A stretch of DNA of 64,000 bases from Histomonas meleagridis 2922-C6/04-290x (taxonomy: Eukaryota > Protista > Parabasalia): assembly GCA_020184695.1 (NCBI GenBank), contig JAANOX010000019.1, forward strand, positions 1 to 64,000, given 5' to 3'. The notes under the pieces are model-generated. The model was not told the DNA's origin and did no database searches. It was given only the letters and a program-made list of their open reading frames with translations. A program made the position numbers and the translations under genes. How positions within the stretch are numbered: position 1 is the stretch's first letter; the number at the start of each line of letters is the position of its first letter. Positions 1 through 11,336 of the stretch are shown piece by piece.

Positions 1-1325
1 GCTCACATAGCGCTGTGTGTGTGTGTGTCCAAGATGAATTTATAATGTATTTGAACACTATAGCAAATGAAGATAACTTCTTAATAGATTATGATTTATG
101 GGAGTTTCGGCAAAAAAGCAAAACAAGATTACCGACATTATTTAAACTTGCTATTGATGTTTACTCGATTCCAGCATCAAGTGCATGCTCAGAACGAGAG
201 TTTAGCAAAACTAAAAAATTCTTAGGGGATCATTGCATTATTTTATCTGGATCAAGACTTGAAGATCAGATGATTATTGCTAGCAATTAATACATAACAA
301 GACAGCTCTATATGCAACCTGTGAAAGAGAGTCACACTAATTAACAAAATGATTTCAGTAAATCATTAATTGATTAATTTGTTAAAATATTAATATTATA
401 GAATAGCAATATTGCTATAGTGATTTTATAAATCCATATTACAATTAAAACATAAGTTTTAATTAGATAGATTGTTTTTTAATGATAATATCATTAGTAT
501 GACGTTTTTGGAGTAAAATAATTTTGTTTTATACAATATGATTAATGAAAATCAATGTTTTTTTCATTTATTTTCTATATTTATTTTATTTTATTTAATT
601 TTTATTTATTTATTTTATTTTAAATTATCCCCTATTAGTTAGATATAACAATTAGAATAATTTATTAGTCAATACTTGAAATTTTCTTTCCGAATGTACG
701 ATTATTTATTAATGTATTAAATGGTCGCGAAAAAATTTCTCAACTTCAGTTTTTGAATGTGAATCCGATGATTTTCAATTCATTCTATACTATCGTTGAA
801 AAACAATATGTATTCATTTTGAAAGTATTAAACTAACTTTATTGGCAAATAAGATCAAGTTAACGCTTATACATGATTTTTAGTCTTATCCCTCATAAGG
901 GGCATTACGATTTAATTTTAATAAATAAAAATATAAATAAATCAGAGCACAATATTATGCTTGAAATTTAAACCATTCAACTAACTATTTATATAGTTTA
1001 CACGTGTAAAGTATTTAAATATATTCACTAATTCATAAAAAAGTGTCTCCAATCCTTGTTATTATTTAGAATGAGCAGAGATAGCACGAAAACTCGGGGG
1101 TCCTTTATCCAATAACGTCTTCTCATCTAATCCAGGAATTTTCGATAAAATCGATAAAAAATCGATAAATGACGTCACTTTTCAAAATAGATTTTTTCGA
1201 TAAAAAAAGTGGCTTTTATCAAGTTTATCGATTTTATCGAGATTCAAACCGTTAGAAATCGATTTTTATCGATAAAAAAAGTGACTCGTATCGAAGAGCA
1301 ATCGATTAATTGTGGGCCAACCCTA
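1..1325 (+). mobile_element. Right-hand part of a hAT DNA transposon (left end lies outside the window)
   Basis: ORF 15-290 carries the hAT C-terminal dimerisation motif (IPASSACSEREFS). Many ATCGATAAAA/TTTTATCGAT subterminal repeats at 1140-1310. Terminus CCAACCCTA at 1317-1325 is the reverse complement of TAGGGTTGG, the TIR start of the complete hAT at 43898. Confidence 0.85.
15..290 (+). CDS. hAT transposase C-terminal dimerisation domain (5' part outside the window)
   Basis: LWEFRQKSKTRLPTLFKLAIDVYSIPASSACSEREFS matches the W...P.L..lA...ls.PaSSa.sER.FS hATC motif. Confidence 0.85.
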   Translation: MCVCVQDEFIMYLNTIANEDNFLIDYDLWEFRQKSKTRLPTLFKLAIDVYSIPASSACSEREFSKTKKFLGDHCIILSGSRLEDQMIIASN

Positions 1326-1430
1326 TTTGATGATGTTCTAAATAATTTAGATAATTTCCAAATATTATTTCAAAATATAAAATTATTATAATAAATAATA
1401 TCTTTAGCATTAATATCAATTCCTTCAGTA
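1326..1430 (-). pseudogene. Ankyrin-repeat remnant with three 17-nt modules, abutting the hAT terminus
   Basis: Minus strand: GAA GGA ATT GAT ATT AAT GCT AAA GAT ATT [17] TAT [17] GGA [17] AGA ACA, which resolves to EGIDINAKDI-Y-G-R-T. Confidence 0.75.
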
Positions 1431-1833
1431 CAAGCTGTATTTTCAAAATTAATAAAACTTAAATGAAATTCAAATTAATTTTTTAACCTACACAAATATT
1501 ATTAGCATTTACATTCAATTTTGCAATTGATAGAAAATTTTATTTCGAAAATGTCTAGCAATCGACTTAACTATTTTTCTAAGATAAAAATACAGTCGTC
1601 ACTTTTAATGTAAGATTGTACGTTAAGATAACGTCCTCCCTATTTGTAATCCACAATTTTATAGATTTAATTTAAGTGGAAAAACAATTTAACAATACAA
1701 AACAAATTATTCAGACAAAACTACACAAAAGCGAATATAAGTTCTCACAATATTCCAATTTGCAATGGATTTTCACATTTCCTTCGAAATATTATTGTTT
1801 TAATTGACTTTTAATTTGAAGAAGTGAGAATAC

Positions 1834-3264
1834 TTATTGTTCCTCATTTTCTTTCGTTTCTTCCTCATTACTTTCAGCATTCTCTTTGTTTTCTTCTTCT
1901 TCTTTCGGAGATTCTTCGTTAACTTTCTCTTCGGTGTTAACGGTCTCCTCACTCTTAACGGTCTCTTCGTTTGTTTCTTGGCCAAAGTTGAATTGGTTTT
2001 CATCTTCTTCATTTGGCGCAGATTGTGCTTCATCTGTGAAAGAAAATGCAGACGGTTGTTCTGGCAAATCTGTTGGTTGTACATTTTCAATTGATTCATA
2101 AAAACGAACAGCAGCAGAACGAAGCGATGCTTGTGGTGCAGACCTAAGGCGTTGGACTTCACCCTTCACATGCGCCACGGTTCCGATTCCAAACTTTTCG
2201 CCGAAAATTTCAAGACCATAGATAGCTCTAACCTTAACCTTCCACTCAGAACTGTTTAAGCCAGCGGTTAACTCAACAAGAGACTCAGGAACAATAGAAG
2301 CTTTGAATGCATTAATTTCGCCATTTGTTGGAAGTGCTCTACCGCCAGTTATTTTGAGGAATTTGGAAGCTGGGGTGTCCAAAGACTGTTTAGAACGTTC
2401 TGGAATTGGATTTGATGGCTTCTTTTTAGACCATGAAAAATCTGCTTCAAGACGTTGGAATTGACCACGTTGTGGTGGTGGTGGTGGAGGTGTATACGAT
2501 GGAACCTGTGGTTGTTGGACTGGTTGGGGTTGTGGCTGTGGTGGTGGAGATTGATATGTTTGGAGATTTTGATATGTTGGAGGTTGTTGATATTGATTTG
2601 GCTGATACATGCCAGTCTGTCCGTAAGTGCCTTGGACGTTTCCACTTACATTTGATGCGCTACCATACTTTGATACGACAGGCCCTTTTTGGATGCCAAA
2701 CGTGCGGTTGAAAAATCCGGTGATGTTTTCGAGTGTTCGGTTAGCTGTTGGGTCGTGATTTACTGGATCAAGAGATACTGGTTGTGTAATGTATTGATCA
2801 TTACCATAAGATTCCATGGTGCTAACAGAAGCAACACGTTGGGTTGGAGGAGCTGTTGGTGCGCTTGTGTTGAAGTGTTGCACAGTTGCTTGGCCTGAAG
2901 TAAATACAAGATCCAAAAGAGATTGTGCAGCATCCTTCATTTCTTGATATGGCTCATATCCACGAACTGGATCTGGCCTTCCTCTCCAACCTATACAATC
3001 TGAAATTGTTGAAGAGTATAACTTAATTTCTGCTTGAATTGCAGATGATGGACCATTTTGAGCAAGGTGATTCATAAGTCGAAGGGCTTTTAGACGGACA
3101 TTAACTCTTGGTACAGTAAGTTTTTTACATGCATATTTAATTAGTCGTTGAACATTCGCAGGATCATCTCGGGCCAACTGAACAGCTTCTGCAAGGCACA
3201 TGCCTGGAGATGGAAGATTGTCATCAGCTGTTGCCCTATCAACAAGTCTGGAGCACGTGAACAT
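1834..3264 (-). CDS. TEPSIN: Tepsin-like AP-4 accessory protein (ENTH domain, Q/P-rich linker, VHS-like domain, acidic tail)
   Basis: DRATADDNLPSPG...VRLKALRLM...GRPDPVRG matches the tepsin ENTH pattern. Second domain GGRALPT...W.VKVRAIYGLE. Confidence 0.7.
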   Translation of the reverse strand: MFTCSRLVDRATADDNLPSPGMCLAEAVQLARDDPANVQRLIKYACKKLTVPRVNVRLKALRLMNHLAQNGPSSAIQAEIKLYSSTISDCIGWRGRPDPVRGYEPYQEMKDAAQSLLDLVFTSGQATVQHFNTSAPTAPPTQRVASVSTMESYGNDQYITQPVSLDPVNHDPTANRTLENITGFFNRTFGIQKGPVVSKYGSASNVSGNVQGTYGQTGMYQPNQYQQPPTYQNLQTYQSPPPQPQPQPVQQPQVPSYTPPPPPPQRGQFQRLEADFSWSKKKPSNPIPERSKQSLDTPASKFLKITGGRALPTNGEINAFKASIVPESLVELTAGLNSSEWKVKVRAIYGLEIFGEKFGIGTVAHVKGEVQRLRSAPQASLRSAAVRFYESIENVQPTDLPEQPSAFSFTDEAQSAPNEEDENQFNFGQETNEETVKSEETVNTEEKVNEESPKEEEENKENAESNEEETKENEEQ

Positions 3265-3735
3265 ACCAAAAAATAGCTAAAACCGTAATTTGCTTTGAAA
3301 ATTTCAGCTTTCCGCCATTTGCCTTAAAACGATAGCCCGCACCGTTATCGTTTCATTCTTTGACACTTTTGATACAGTAACAAAGACAATGCAACAAAAG
3401 AACATTATTTACAACTATAAATGACATTAAAATCATTTAACCACAATTGAATGATGAATTCTAAACGTGTCTTGTTTCTTTAGTGCAATTTTTTCCTATT
3501 TTAGGAAATTAATGAAAAAGATCCGATGCTATTTTTTCAAGTTTTCTTAGAACAACCTAGGATTTTAATTCAAAAGAATGGAACTATGACTAATGAACAT
3601 ATTTCAACTTAAATATATAAATAATAATTAAGATTTACATTTTTAAAAATAAAATATCATTGATAAACCCAATTAATACAACCATGTTCTATTAAATCAT
3701 CCATGATAAAACCGGTACCAGCACATTATGGGAAT

Positions 3736-4326
3736 CTAACAAATTGGGAAATCGATTTTGGCTGTCTTAATAGCTTTCCTACACATCGGACATGTTTTTT
3801 TTTCTGACCATATTTCCATGGCGCAATTGTAGCAACAACATTTATGACCACATGGAATAAAGATTGAAGAACAATCTTTTTCACAAATACAGCATCTCGG
3901 CTCAGCAAATATGGGCACTGTAGATGAGATAATAACATCACAAATTGGGCATGTTTCAGTGTTTTTTCGAATTTTGGATGAACATTTGGAACAAAAAACT
4001 TTATGACCACATGGGATACAAATGTTGGTAGCAAGTTCACTATTACATTTCATGCATGTCACTTGTAAGTTTTGTTCTTGATCTTGGCCTTCAGTAAAAT
4101 TTTCGATATCGGAAATTTTTTGTCTAGGGGGAAGATCACTCGGGTTTTCTGGTTGTGGGAGGGGTTCTGGGGATATGGAAGGATTCCCATCATTAATCTT
4201 ATTAGCTAAAACTAAATTTGATCTCGAAATATTTCCTGAATCTGGTGCCAATTGGTGGCCCTCTAGATTTTGAGCGTTGTCTACTCGAGTATTTTGGTCG
4301 TTTAAATTGTGCAATTCATTGTTCAT
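3736..4326 (-). CDS. Tandem C3HC4 RING-finger protein (IAP/neuralized-type), putative E3 ligase
   Basis: Two C-x2-C...PCGH...C-x2-C...CP.C motifs in the C-terminal half. Confidence 0.85.
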   Translation of the reverse strand: MNNELHNLNDQNTRVDNAQNLEGHQLAPDSGNISRSNLVLANKINDGNPSISPEPLPQPENPSDLPPRQKISDIENFTEGQDQEQNLQVTCMKCNSELATNICIPCGHKVFCSKCSSKIRKNTETCPICDVIISSTVPIFAEPRCCICEKDCSSIFIPCGHKCCCYNCAMEIWSEKKTCPMCRKAIKTAKIDFPIC

Positions 4327-4718
4327 TTCAAAACAAATGGAAATGCCACCTCTTTTGGAACGATTAAAATTAATTCAAATTTATAACCGTTAAATCTTGC
4401 ACTAGCAAAAAATCACTATTCAGTATAATATCCATAATTTGTGCATTAAATCTCCTTGATGATAAGGAAAGTTTGTTGTTTAAAATAATTTTAGTTATAT
4501 CAAGGCTGAGAAAATGTTATAACATTAATTTGATTTCATGAACAAAAGAACTTAATCTATTCGTGCTATGAAACCTAACAAAGAATAGAAACCAAAGAAG
4601 CTTTTACCGAAATTTACATGGCATTTTAAAATATCCGACATTCTAATTAATTAATTTAAAAAAACAATTTTTTCTAAAAAACTTTTTAAGAAATTTAAAA
4701 GTAATTCACATTCAATAT

Positions 4719-5621
4719 TTATTTACGATGCTCATCTATGAACTCGAGAAGATCGCGTGCTACCTCAGGTCGATGTGGTGTCTTCAACATCACATGCTCT
4801 CCTTTAGGGTACAATTTGTATTTTACGTTCATTCCGTCGCGTGCGAGAACTTTTTGGACCCATTTATCGCTGGTCTTCGCATCGACCATTGAATCAGCTT
4901 CTCCCTGAACAAAGAACAATGGAAGCTCGGCGGGCCATAGCTCAGGATGCTCGTGGATGAACGCCTGTTTTTCTTCGACGGAGAAGTATAATTGTGGAGT
5001 AATTGTTTCATATATAAGAGGCGATGCTTTGGCCATTGTAACAAAGCGTTGGTCCATATCAGCGGAATAAGGATTAGCACCTGTGCTGATTTGCATGGTT
5101 GGAAATGCCCAATTAAGTGCTTTGAATCCATATCGTTCAATTGTGCCGAGTTGACGTTGTGGGCAAGGGGAAATCCATGGAGCTTCAGCAATGGCACATT
5201 TAACAATGTCTTTAATTTCATTGTATCGTGTGAGAATTGTATATATCGTGCAGAGACCTCCCATTGAATGACCGTGTATAATTAAAGGAAGATTAGGATA
5301 ACGAGAATGTGCAAGTTGAATGACTTTGACAGTCTCTTCTGCCATAAGGTCAATGGTTCCTGAAACTGGTGAACCAGATGAACGCCCATGTCCATAATGA
5401 TCACATCCAAAGACAACTCCTCCCCTCTCGAGAATAAATGGGAAGAAGTCTTTTTTGAAGGTTACACAAACGCCCAATCCATGAACAAATACATAAATAA
5501 AGGTGGGTTCGCCACTAGGTTTCCATGTGCAACCTTTTAGGACAGAGCCATTGTCAAGAGTGATATCGAAATCTTCACCATCATCGTAGCTGAGATCAAA
5601 TTTTGCGTCTGCTAATTCCAT
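4719..5621 (-). CDS. Alpha/beta hydrolase, monoglyceride lipase/lysophospholipase family
   Basis: VHGLG, DHYGHGRS, nucleophile GHSMGG, QGEADSMV (Asp), GEHVML (His). TCACTT initiator directly before the ATG at 5621. Confidence 0.9.
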   Translation of the reverse strand: MELADAKFDLSYDDGEDFDITLDNGSVLKGCTWKPSGEPTFIYVFVHGLGVCVTFKKDFFPFILERGGVVFGCDHYGHGRSSGSPVSGTIDLMAEETVKVIQLAHSRYPNLPLIIHGHSMGGLCTIYTILTRYNEIKDIVKCAIAEAPWISPCPQRQLGTIERYGFKALNWAFPTMQISTGANPYSADMDQRFVTMAKASPLIYETITPQLYFSVEEKQAFIHEHPELWPAELPLFFVQGEADSMVDAKTSDKWVQKVLARDGMNVKYKLYPKGEHVMLKTPHRPEVARDLLEFIDEHRK

Positions 5622-5999
5622 AAGTGATAAAAAAAAGTGAGTGAAAAAATTCAATAAAAATCGATGTTTTTGAATTCAATTTTATATTTTGAAAAAGTTT
5701 TATGAAGAAAGACAAATTATCGCATTGAGTAAATCATCTATATGTTTCTGAAATCATCTATAGCTCATTTAGTAAATCATTTTTCATACATGAAGAAATT
5801 TCTTTTAAAGTCATGAATGAATTTTTTTTTAGATTAAAAATTTAAAGTTTGACTTAGAATTTCATATTCTCAATAAATCATAGTGAAATCACAAATAACT
5901 TGCATAAGATAGAATTATTCGAAGCATTATTTATTTAATAAAAATAAATTGAAAGTAATAATAATAATATTTGCATTGGGAAGAACATTTGAAGTGAAT

Positions 6000-6320
6000 C
6001 TAGGATGGATTTGTATATATTGAGTCCAAGTCACTATCTATTAGCCTTAAATTATCTAAAAAACTAAGCATTGATTTTTTGATTTTAACAACAAAGAGTA
6101 TAATCAAAACAATATTGATTGCAACAAACATGGCAGAGATTATGTATCCTCTTTTCAAAAGTTCAGATCTTTTAACATGAACTTTTGTTAATGTTTCGTA
6201 TGGATTTTCAAATGATTCTTCTGATTTTCCTAAAAGAGAATTTCCTTTTTTTCTACAGCTAGAAAACATGAACAAAGCATTCAGCAACAAGAGAGGGAGA
6301 CACCTAAAACGATCATTCAT
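6000..6320 (-). CDS. Small hypothetical single-pass membrane protein
   Basis: 106-aa ORF with hydrophobic segment GYIISAMFVAINIVLIILFVV. No recognisable family. Confidence 0.45.
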   Translation of the reverse strand: MNDRFRCLPLLLLNALFMFSSCRKKGNSLLGKSEESFENPYETLTKVHVKRSELLKRGYIISAMFVAINIVLIILFVVKIKKSMLSFLDNLRLIDSDLDSIYTNPS

Positions 6321-6408
6321 AGAGATATCAATAAACGTTCTCTCATAAAACGATAAACACGTTTAAAGGCGTTAGAAAAAAAGAATTGAATAATTCAAAC
6401 CGTCATAA

Positions 6409-7653
6409 ATGGCTGTTTTGAAAAGTGTAATTTTCAAACAAAACATGGATCTCCATTTCCTGGCTGCGTTTGGCGACCACGTTCCACTATCCAACTTCAA
6501 ACCCGATGACACAATTTCAGCAATGGCTTTTAGTAGTGATGGACAATTTTTAGCTTCAGGTGATCAAGCAGGTCGTGTTGTTGTATTTCGTTTAAATGAA
6601 AATGGCAAAAGGCAGCCTACAGTATCGTTTGTTACACAAGTCCATGCACATAAAGCACAATTCGATTATTTTCATAGCGAACTTAGTGAGATGAAAGTTA
6701 ATTCACTGAAATGGGTTCCAAGACAAGCACTTAATCCATTACTTATTACATGCAATAGCCATGATGCAAAATTATGGAGATTTAATGCATCACCAAAAAT
6801 TGTTTGGAACGAATTTGATGATTGTCAATTAATTGATGATTCATTCATCTTTCCAACATTCAGACAAAAAGATACAGAATACAGTGCCGAATGTGTTAAA
6901 ACTTTTAACGATATCCAAACTGAATACATAGTCGATCTTCAAACATTACCAGATCAACATTCTTTTATTATGGTCGATGTTTCATGTGTCAAGCTATGGG
7001 ACATGGAACGCGATATCAAATCTGTATGTCTATGCAAAGTTTCTCAACAAGAGCCAGAAATAATCACATCTGCAATTCATTCATCCCAACCGCACGCATT
7101 TATTATTGGAGATGATGACGGTGTCTGTAAGATGTTTGATATGCGTCAGCAAGCAGAAGATATACCACCTTTATTCGAAATATATACATCTGATTTTGCC
7201 AGTCGAAATCAACAAATGAGCGGCTGTGATAGCGTCGGAAGCATTGTGTTCTCTCCAGATGGTAATAACTTTGCTGTTCGTCGCTTTGGTGATGTTCAAG
7301 TATGGGATATTAGAAATACATCATCACCAACCGCTAAGCTTGATGTCCAATGGTTCCCTGGTCAAATGGAATGGCTTATTAATGAAGAATATGTTAAAGA
7401 TCAATTCAGAACAGCATTTACAGCCAAAGGAAAAATTGTCACTGGATGTTATTCTGCTGATTACATTGCGTGGGATTGGAAGAATAACAAGACATCTAAA
7501 CATAGAGCAGTAGGCGCAAGAACGCCACGGCCTCCACCTGAGCCAGGAAGAGACTTCAGCAAGAGGGTGACCGTTTGTGAGGCCCACCCCAAAGATGAAA
7601 TTGTGGCGGTTGTATCGACAGCGGCACTTTTCTTCTTTTATGAACCAAAATAA
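6409..7653 (+). CDS. PPP2R2: Protein phosphatase 2A regulatory subunit B55/PR55 (WD40), divergent
   Basis: DDTISAMAFSSDGQFLASGDQAGRVVVF, AHKAQFDY...KVNSLKW and the C-terminal IVAVVST match B55 hallmarks. Confidence 0.85.
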   Translation: MAVLKSVIFKQNMDLHFLAAFGDHVPLSNFKPDDTISAMAFSSDGQFLASGDQAGRVVVFRLNENGKRQPTVSFVTQVHAHKAQFDYFHSELSEMKVNSLKWVPRQALNPLLITCNSHDAKLWRFNASPKIVWNEFDDCQLIDDSFIFPTFRQKDTEYSAECVKTFNDIQTEYIVDLQTLPDQHSFIMVDVSCVKLWDMERDIKSVCLCKVSQQEPEIITSAIHSSQPHAFIIGDDDGVCKMFDMRQQAEDIPPLFEIYTSDFASRNQQMSGCDSVGSIVFSPDGNNFAVRRFGDVQVWDIRNTSSPTAKLDVQWFPGQMEWLINEEYVKDQFRTAFTAKGKIVTGCYSADYIAWDWKNNKTSKHRAVGARTPRPPPEPGRDFSKRVTVCEAHPKDEIVAVVSTAALFFFYEPK

Positions 7654-8114
7654 TTATTAGACAGAATATATCGTTTAGCTTTTTCTCCATTTAACACTAA
7701 TAAAAAAGATTATACCAAATAAAACTCAAAATAAAATAATTTTTTTGTTAATCAATGGTCAATTATCAAAAATATGTAAATACATAAAACAAAATCTAAG
7801 TTTTCTTGTAGTTTAGACTGTATTTTTGCTGCACATTAAACACAATTTTGAGATATGGAAAATTGAAAATTGATAAAAATAATTAAAAGACCTTTATGTC
7901 CCTTCCTAGCAATAAATAACAGGAAAAATATTCTATTAATGCCTAATAGGAAATGTTTTTTTGTTTTTGATAAAAGTAAATGTTTTTGATTTTGATTTTC
8001 ATTCTTTTCTTTTTGTGTTTTATTAACTTTGTTAGCAAGAAAATGTTAACGATACTTTTATGAAGCATTAAAACATATATTTGAAGTGATGATTTATTGG
8101 AATTTAACTTAACC

Positions 8115-8594
8115 TTACTCATCTTTTACAACTGACCACTTCGGAAACCAAAACACGGGTGTAATTTCATCCTCAAGAAAAGAGCAGAAAATAACAGTTT
8201 GGGTTTGATCGCCAGGTGGACGGAAAAAATGGAAGTCTCGGAATTTTGCAGATACCCATCTAACAAGGTGGGCAAATGATAGAACAAACGGGTTTGATTG
8301 TTCAATTGTGTTCAATTGGTGTTGTTGTTTGATTAATTGGACATAATCTTTTGCCCATAAGATAAGCTTATCCTTTGTCCAATTAATTTCTTCTAATCCA
8401 AAATCACGTACAAGATTGATGACAACTTCAACAGAATTTGGATTTTCAGGTGGGAGTTCTTCATTAAAAATCGCCTTGAACTTTCCTCTGACCACGTAAA
8501 CACCTTTTTCTTGGTCTTCTTGAAAAGGGTATCTCTCATCAAGGAAAACATGATTTGTAAATATATCTTTGTACCGAACTTTTCCCTCGGACAT
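8115..8594 (-). CDS. TCTP: Translationally controlled tumour protein (TCTP)-like
   Basis: YKDIFT...YPF...VYVVRGK N-terminus, VINLVRDFGL...WAKDY core, and F.FF...EDEITPVFWFPK C-terminus. Confidence 0.7.
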   Translation of the reverse strand: MSEGKVRYKDIFTNHVFLDERYPFQEDQEKGVYVVRGKFKAIFNEELPPENPNSVEVVINLVRDFGLEEINWTKDKLILWAKDYVQLIKQQHQLNTIEQSNPFVLSFAHLVRWVSAKFRDFHFFRPPGDQTQTVIFCSFLEDEITPVFWFPKWSVVKDE

Positions 8595-8911
8595 TTTTAG
8601 TTTTTAAGGAAGTTTGTTCGAACATATAATAATTCAAATTTTTCACCATTTGACAACCGTTAAATATGCTGAATAATTTGTCAGATAAGAACTTGTTCTA
8701 ACATTATGTTTACATTTCTCTTCAAATGAATCAGAAAATAAGAAGATGAAAAATCCAGTTTCATTTCTTTCATATTTTAACTCTTTGTTCAGCCCAGAAT
8801 CTTCTCTCTGAAAGACGATCAAAATGCATGCAATTTTATCGTTTTACCCACAAATCTCTGGACGGTTTTCATCGTGTAACCGGTGTTGTAAACCTGCCCA
8901 AATAATTTCTA

Positions 8912-9564
8912 ATGTCAAACGACTGTGACTTACTTTACAGTATGTTTTTTCTCTAACCTTCAGAAGTTCTCATTGTTGGAGACTCTAGTGTTGGGAAGAG
9001 CTGTCTTTTGATACGATTTTCAGATAAAACTTTTAGTGACGTATGTTTTAATTATAACTCCAGAATTATGTTTCAACAATTGGTGTAGATTTTAAAATCA
9101 GGACAATAGACTTAAATGGTAACCAAATCAAACTTCAAATTTGGGATACGGCAGGACAAGAGCGATTTCAATCAATTACAGCAAATTACTACCATGGTTC
9201 TCATGCTATCGCAATTGTATATGATGTTACAGATAGGAAGTCATTCGATAACTTAAGAAAATGGTTAGCAGATGTTGATCGTCTTGCTAATCCTCAAGTT
9301 TGCAAATTTATTATCGGTAACAAAATTGATCTGGAAGACAAAAGAGTTGTTTCTAGAGATGAAGGACAAGCATTTGCAGACAAGCTTGGCATCCCATTTT
9401 TGGAAACATCTGCAAAAACCGCGACAAATGTAAATGAGATGTTTTATGCAATGACACAAGCAATCTACCAAAGACAAGGCTCACAGGTGAGGAGCAACAC
9501 AAATGACCCTATAGGATTTAACTTCAGGCAAGGAAATAGAGTCGGAAACGATTGCCCTTGCTAG
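8912..9564 (+). CDS. RAB1: Rab1 small GTPase with two short spliceosomal introns (8940-8963, 9041-9063); absent from the ORF track
   Basis: Spliced reading [50 protein letters not shown]...WDTAGQERF...GNKIDL...ETSAK...NDCPC. C-terminal CxC prenylation motif. Confidence 0.93.
8940..8963 (+). other. 24-nt spliceosomal intron
   Basis: GTATGTTTTTTCTCTAACCTTCAG: GTATGT donor, CTAAC branch, CAG acceptor. Removal restores the Rab1 frame; retention gives an in-frame TAA. Confidence 0.9.
9041..9063 (+). other. 23-nt spliceosomal intron
   Basis: GTATGTTTTAATTATAACTCCAG: GTATGT donor, TAAC branch, CAG acceptor. Removal gives [10 protein letters not shown]. Confidence 0.9.
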
Positions 9565-9920
9565 ATCTATCAATAAACAAAAACTTTTTATTCAGACTCA
9601 AATCTGTTCTTTATTTAGCACAAGTGAATGTATTAATTTTTTTAAATGTTCTGTTCATTATGTTTGAACATGTTGTTACTCTTATTGGAACTTTATCATC
9701 AAAGACGATTTTGCTTGTATAAAATTTTTATAAACTGTTCTAAGTCAATTCGAAGTTAGAAAGTTCGATAGAATAAAGTTCACAAATATTCTGAGGCACG
9801 ATCATACCCAACAGCAAAAGTCAAAAATCAAGCCTATCGGTTTACGTTAGAAAGCACTTCCCATAACCAAACAGACTTTCTCAAATCTGAATTACAACGA
9901 CCACTTCACATTTCAGGAAA

Positions 9921-10847
9921 ATGATTTCATCTTCAGCGAGAAATCTCCACAAACCACTTCTCTTTGTTGATGAGAACACACGTGTTGTTGTACAAGGTAT
10001 TGGAAATCAAGGACAATTCCATTCACGTTTAATGCGCGAATATGGAACAAATGTTGTTGCAGGTGTTCACCCTAAGAAGGCTGGACAAATCATTGCTGGA
10101 ATGCCAGTTTTTGCCTCTGTTAAAGATGCTGTTCAAAAAACAGATGCCAATGCATCACTCATCTTCGTTCCAGCCTCTGGTGCTGCTGCCGCTATGATAG
10201 AAGCAGCCAACGCTGGTGTAGGTCTTATTGTTTGTATCACCGAACACATTCCACAACATGATATGATCAAAGTCAAGAAAGTTCTCAAAGAAAAAGGTGT
10301 TGAACTCATTGGCCCCAACTGCCCAGGTATTATTCAACCACGTACCCATTGTAAAATGGGCATCATTCCAACCAATATTCATACACCAGGCAAAATTGGT
10401 ATTGTTTCACGTTCTGGAACACTTACATATGAAGCATCATATGCCACTACTTTAGCCGGACTTGGCCAATCCACAGTTGTTGGAATTGGCGGAGATCCAT
10501 TTGCAGGACAACTTCACGTTGATGTTGTCAAAAGGTTTGCAGAAGACCCACGCACCGAAGGCATCATCCTCATTGGTGAAATTGGCGGCCAATCCGAAGA
10601 AGATGCTGCCGAATGGATTCACAAGAATCAACTCACCAAGGAAAAGCCAGTCGTCAGCTTCATCGCAGGAGCCACAGCGCCACCTGGCAAACGTATGGGT
10701 CACGCGGGCGCTATCATTTCTGGCGGAAAGGGAACTGCCGAAGGCAAATACGAAGCACTCCAAGCAGCAGGCGTCCGCATCTCGCGCCATCCAGGAAACC
10801 TCGGAAAGTTCATTTTCGAGGAAATGAAGAAGTTAGGCCGCATCTAA
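9921..10847 (+). CDS. Hydrogenosomal succinyl-CoA synthetase alpha subunit with N-terminal presequence
   Basis: [32 protein letters not shown] and phospho-His motif RMGHAGA. Leader MISSSARN resembles parabasalid hydrogenosomal presequences. Confidence 0.95.
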   Translation: MISSSARNLHKPLLFVDENTRVVVQGIGNQGQFHSRLMREYGTNVVAGVHPKKAGQIIAGMPVFASVKDAVQKTDANASLIFVPASGAAAAMIEAANAGVGLIVCITEHIPQHDMIKVKKVLKEKGVELIGPNCPGIIQPRTHCKMGIIPTNIHTPGKIGIVSRSGTLTYEASYATTLAGLGQSTVVGIGGDPFAGQLHVDVVKRFAEDPRTEGIILIGEIGGQSEEDAAEWIHKNQLTKEKPVVSFIAGATAPPGKRMGHAGAIISGGKGTAEGKYEALQAAGVRISRHPGNLGKFIFEEMKKLGRI

Positions 10848-11336
10848 ACACTTAAATTAACTTTATTTTTTGTTCCAATTTTATGGCTTTTTATAAAGAT
10901 GAAATAAATTGTTCTTTTTGTTTTATGGTTTTGGATATTTTTAGAGAGGAAACAGAAATTTTGTTTTCTTTGTCTGTAACCTGAAGATCATTTAGATTTT
11001 TTATGTTTTTGCTCATATAAGAATCAAATTAATTTAATCATTTTCAAAGGTTATTGATATACGATAAATTGAAATGAATAAAATTATTTAAATTATTAAT
11101 AATTATTCAACATCAAAACAGTTGTTGAACAACCTCATAAAAATAGTCATTAGTATTATGTAAAGAATTGTGTTACCCAAAGGTATATTTTGAAAAATTT
11201 TTCATTGGTTGTTTATGTTTAATATTTATAATCTTCATTTTATATTGCAATTAAAATATGGCCAATGTTACTAATCTAAACATAATGTTCACGCGATGTT
11301 TTGATTTTTAAAGAAAAGACATTATAACAGTAATTT

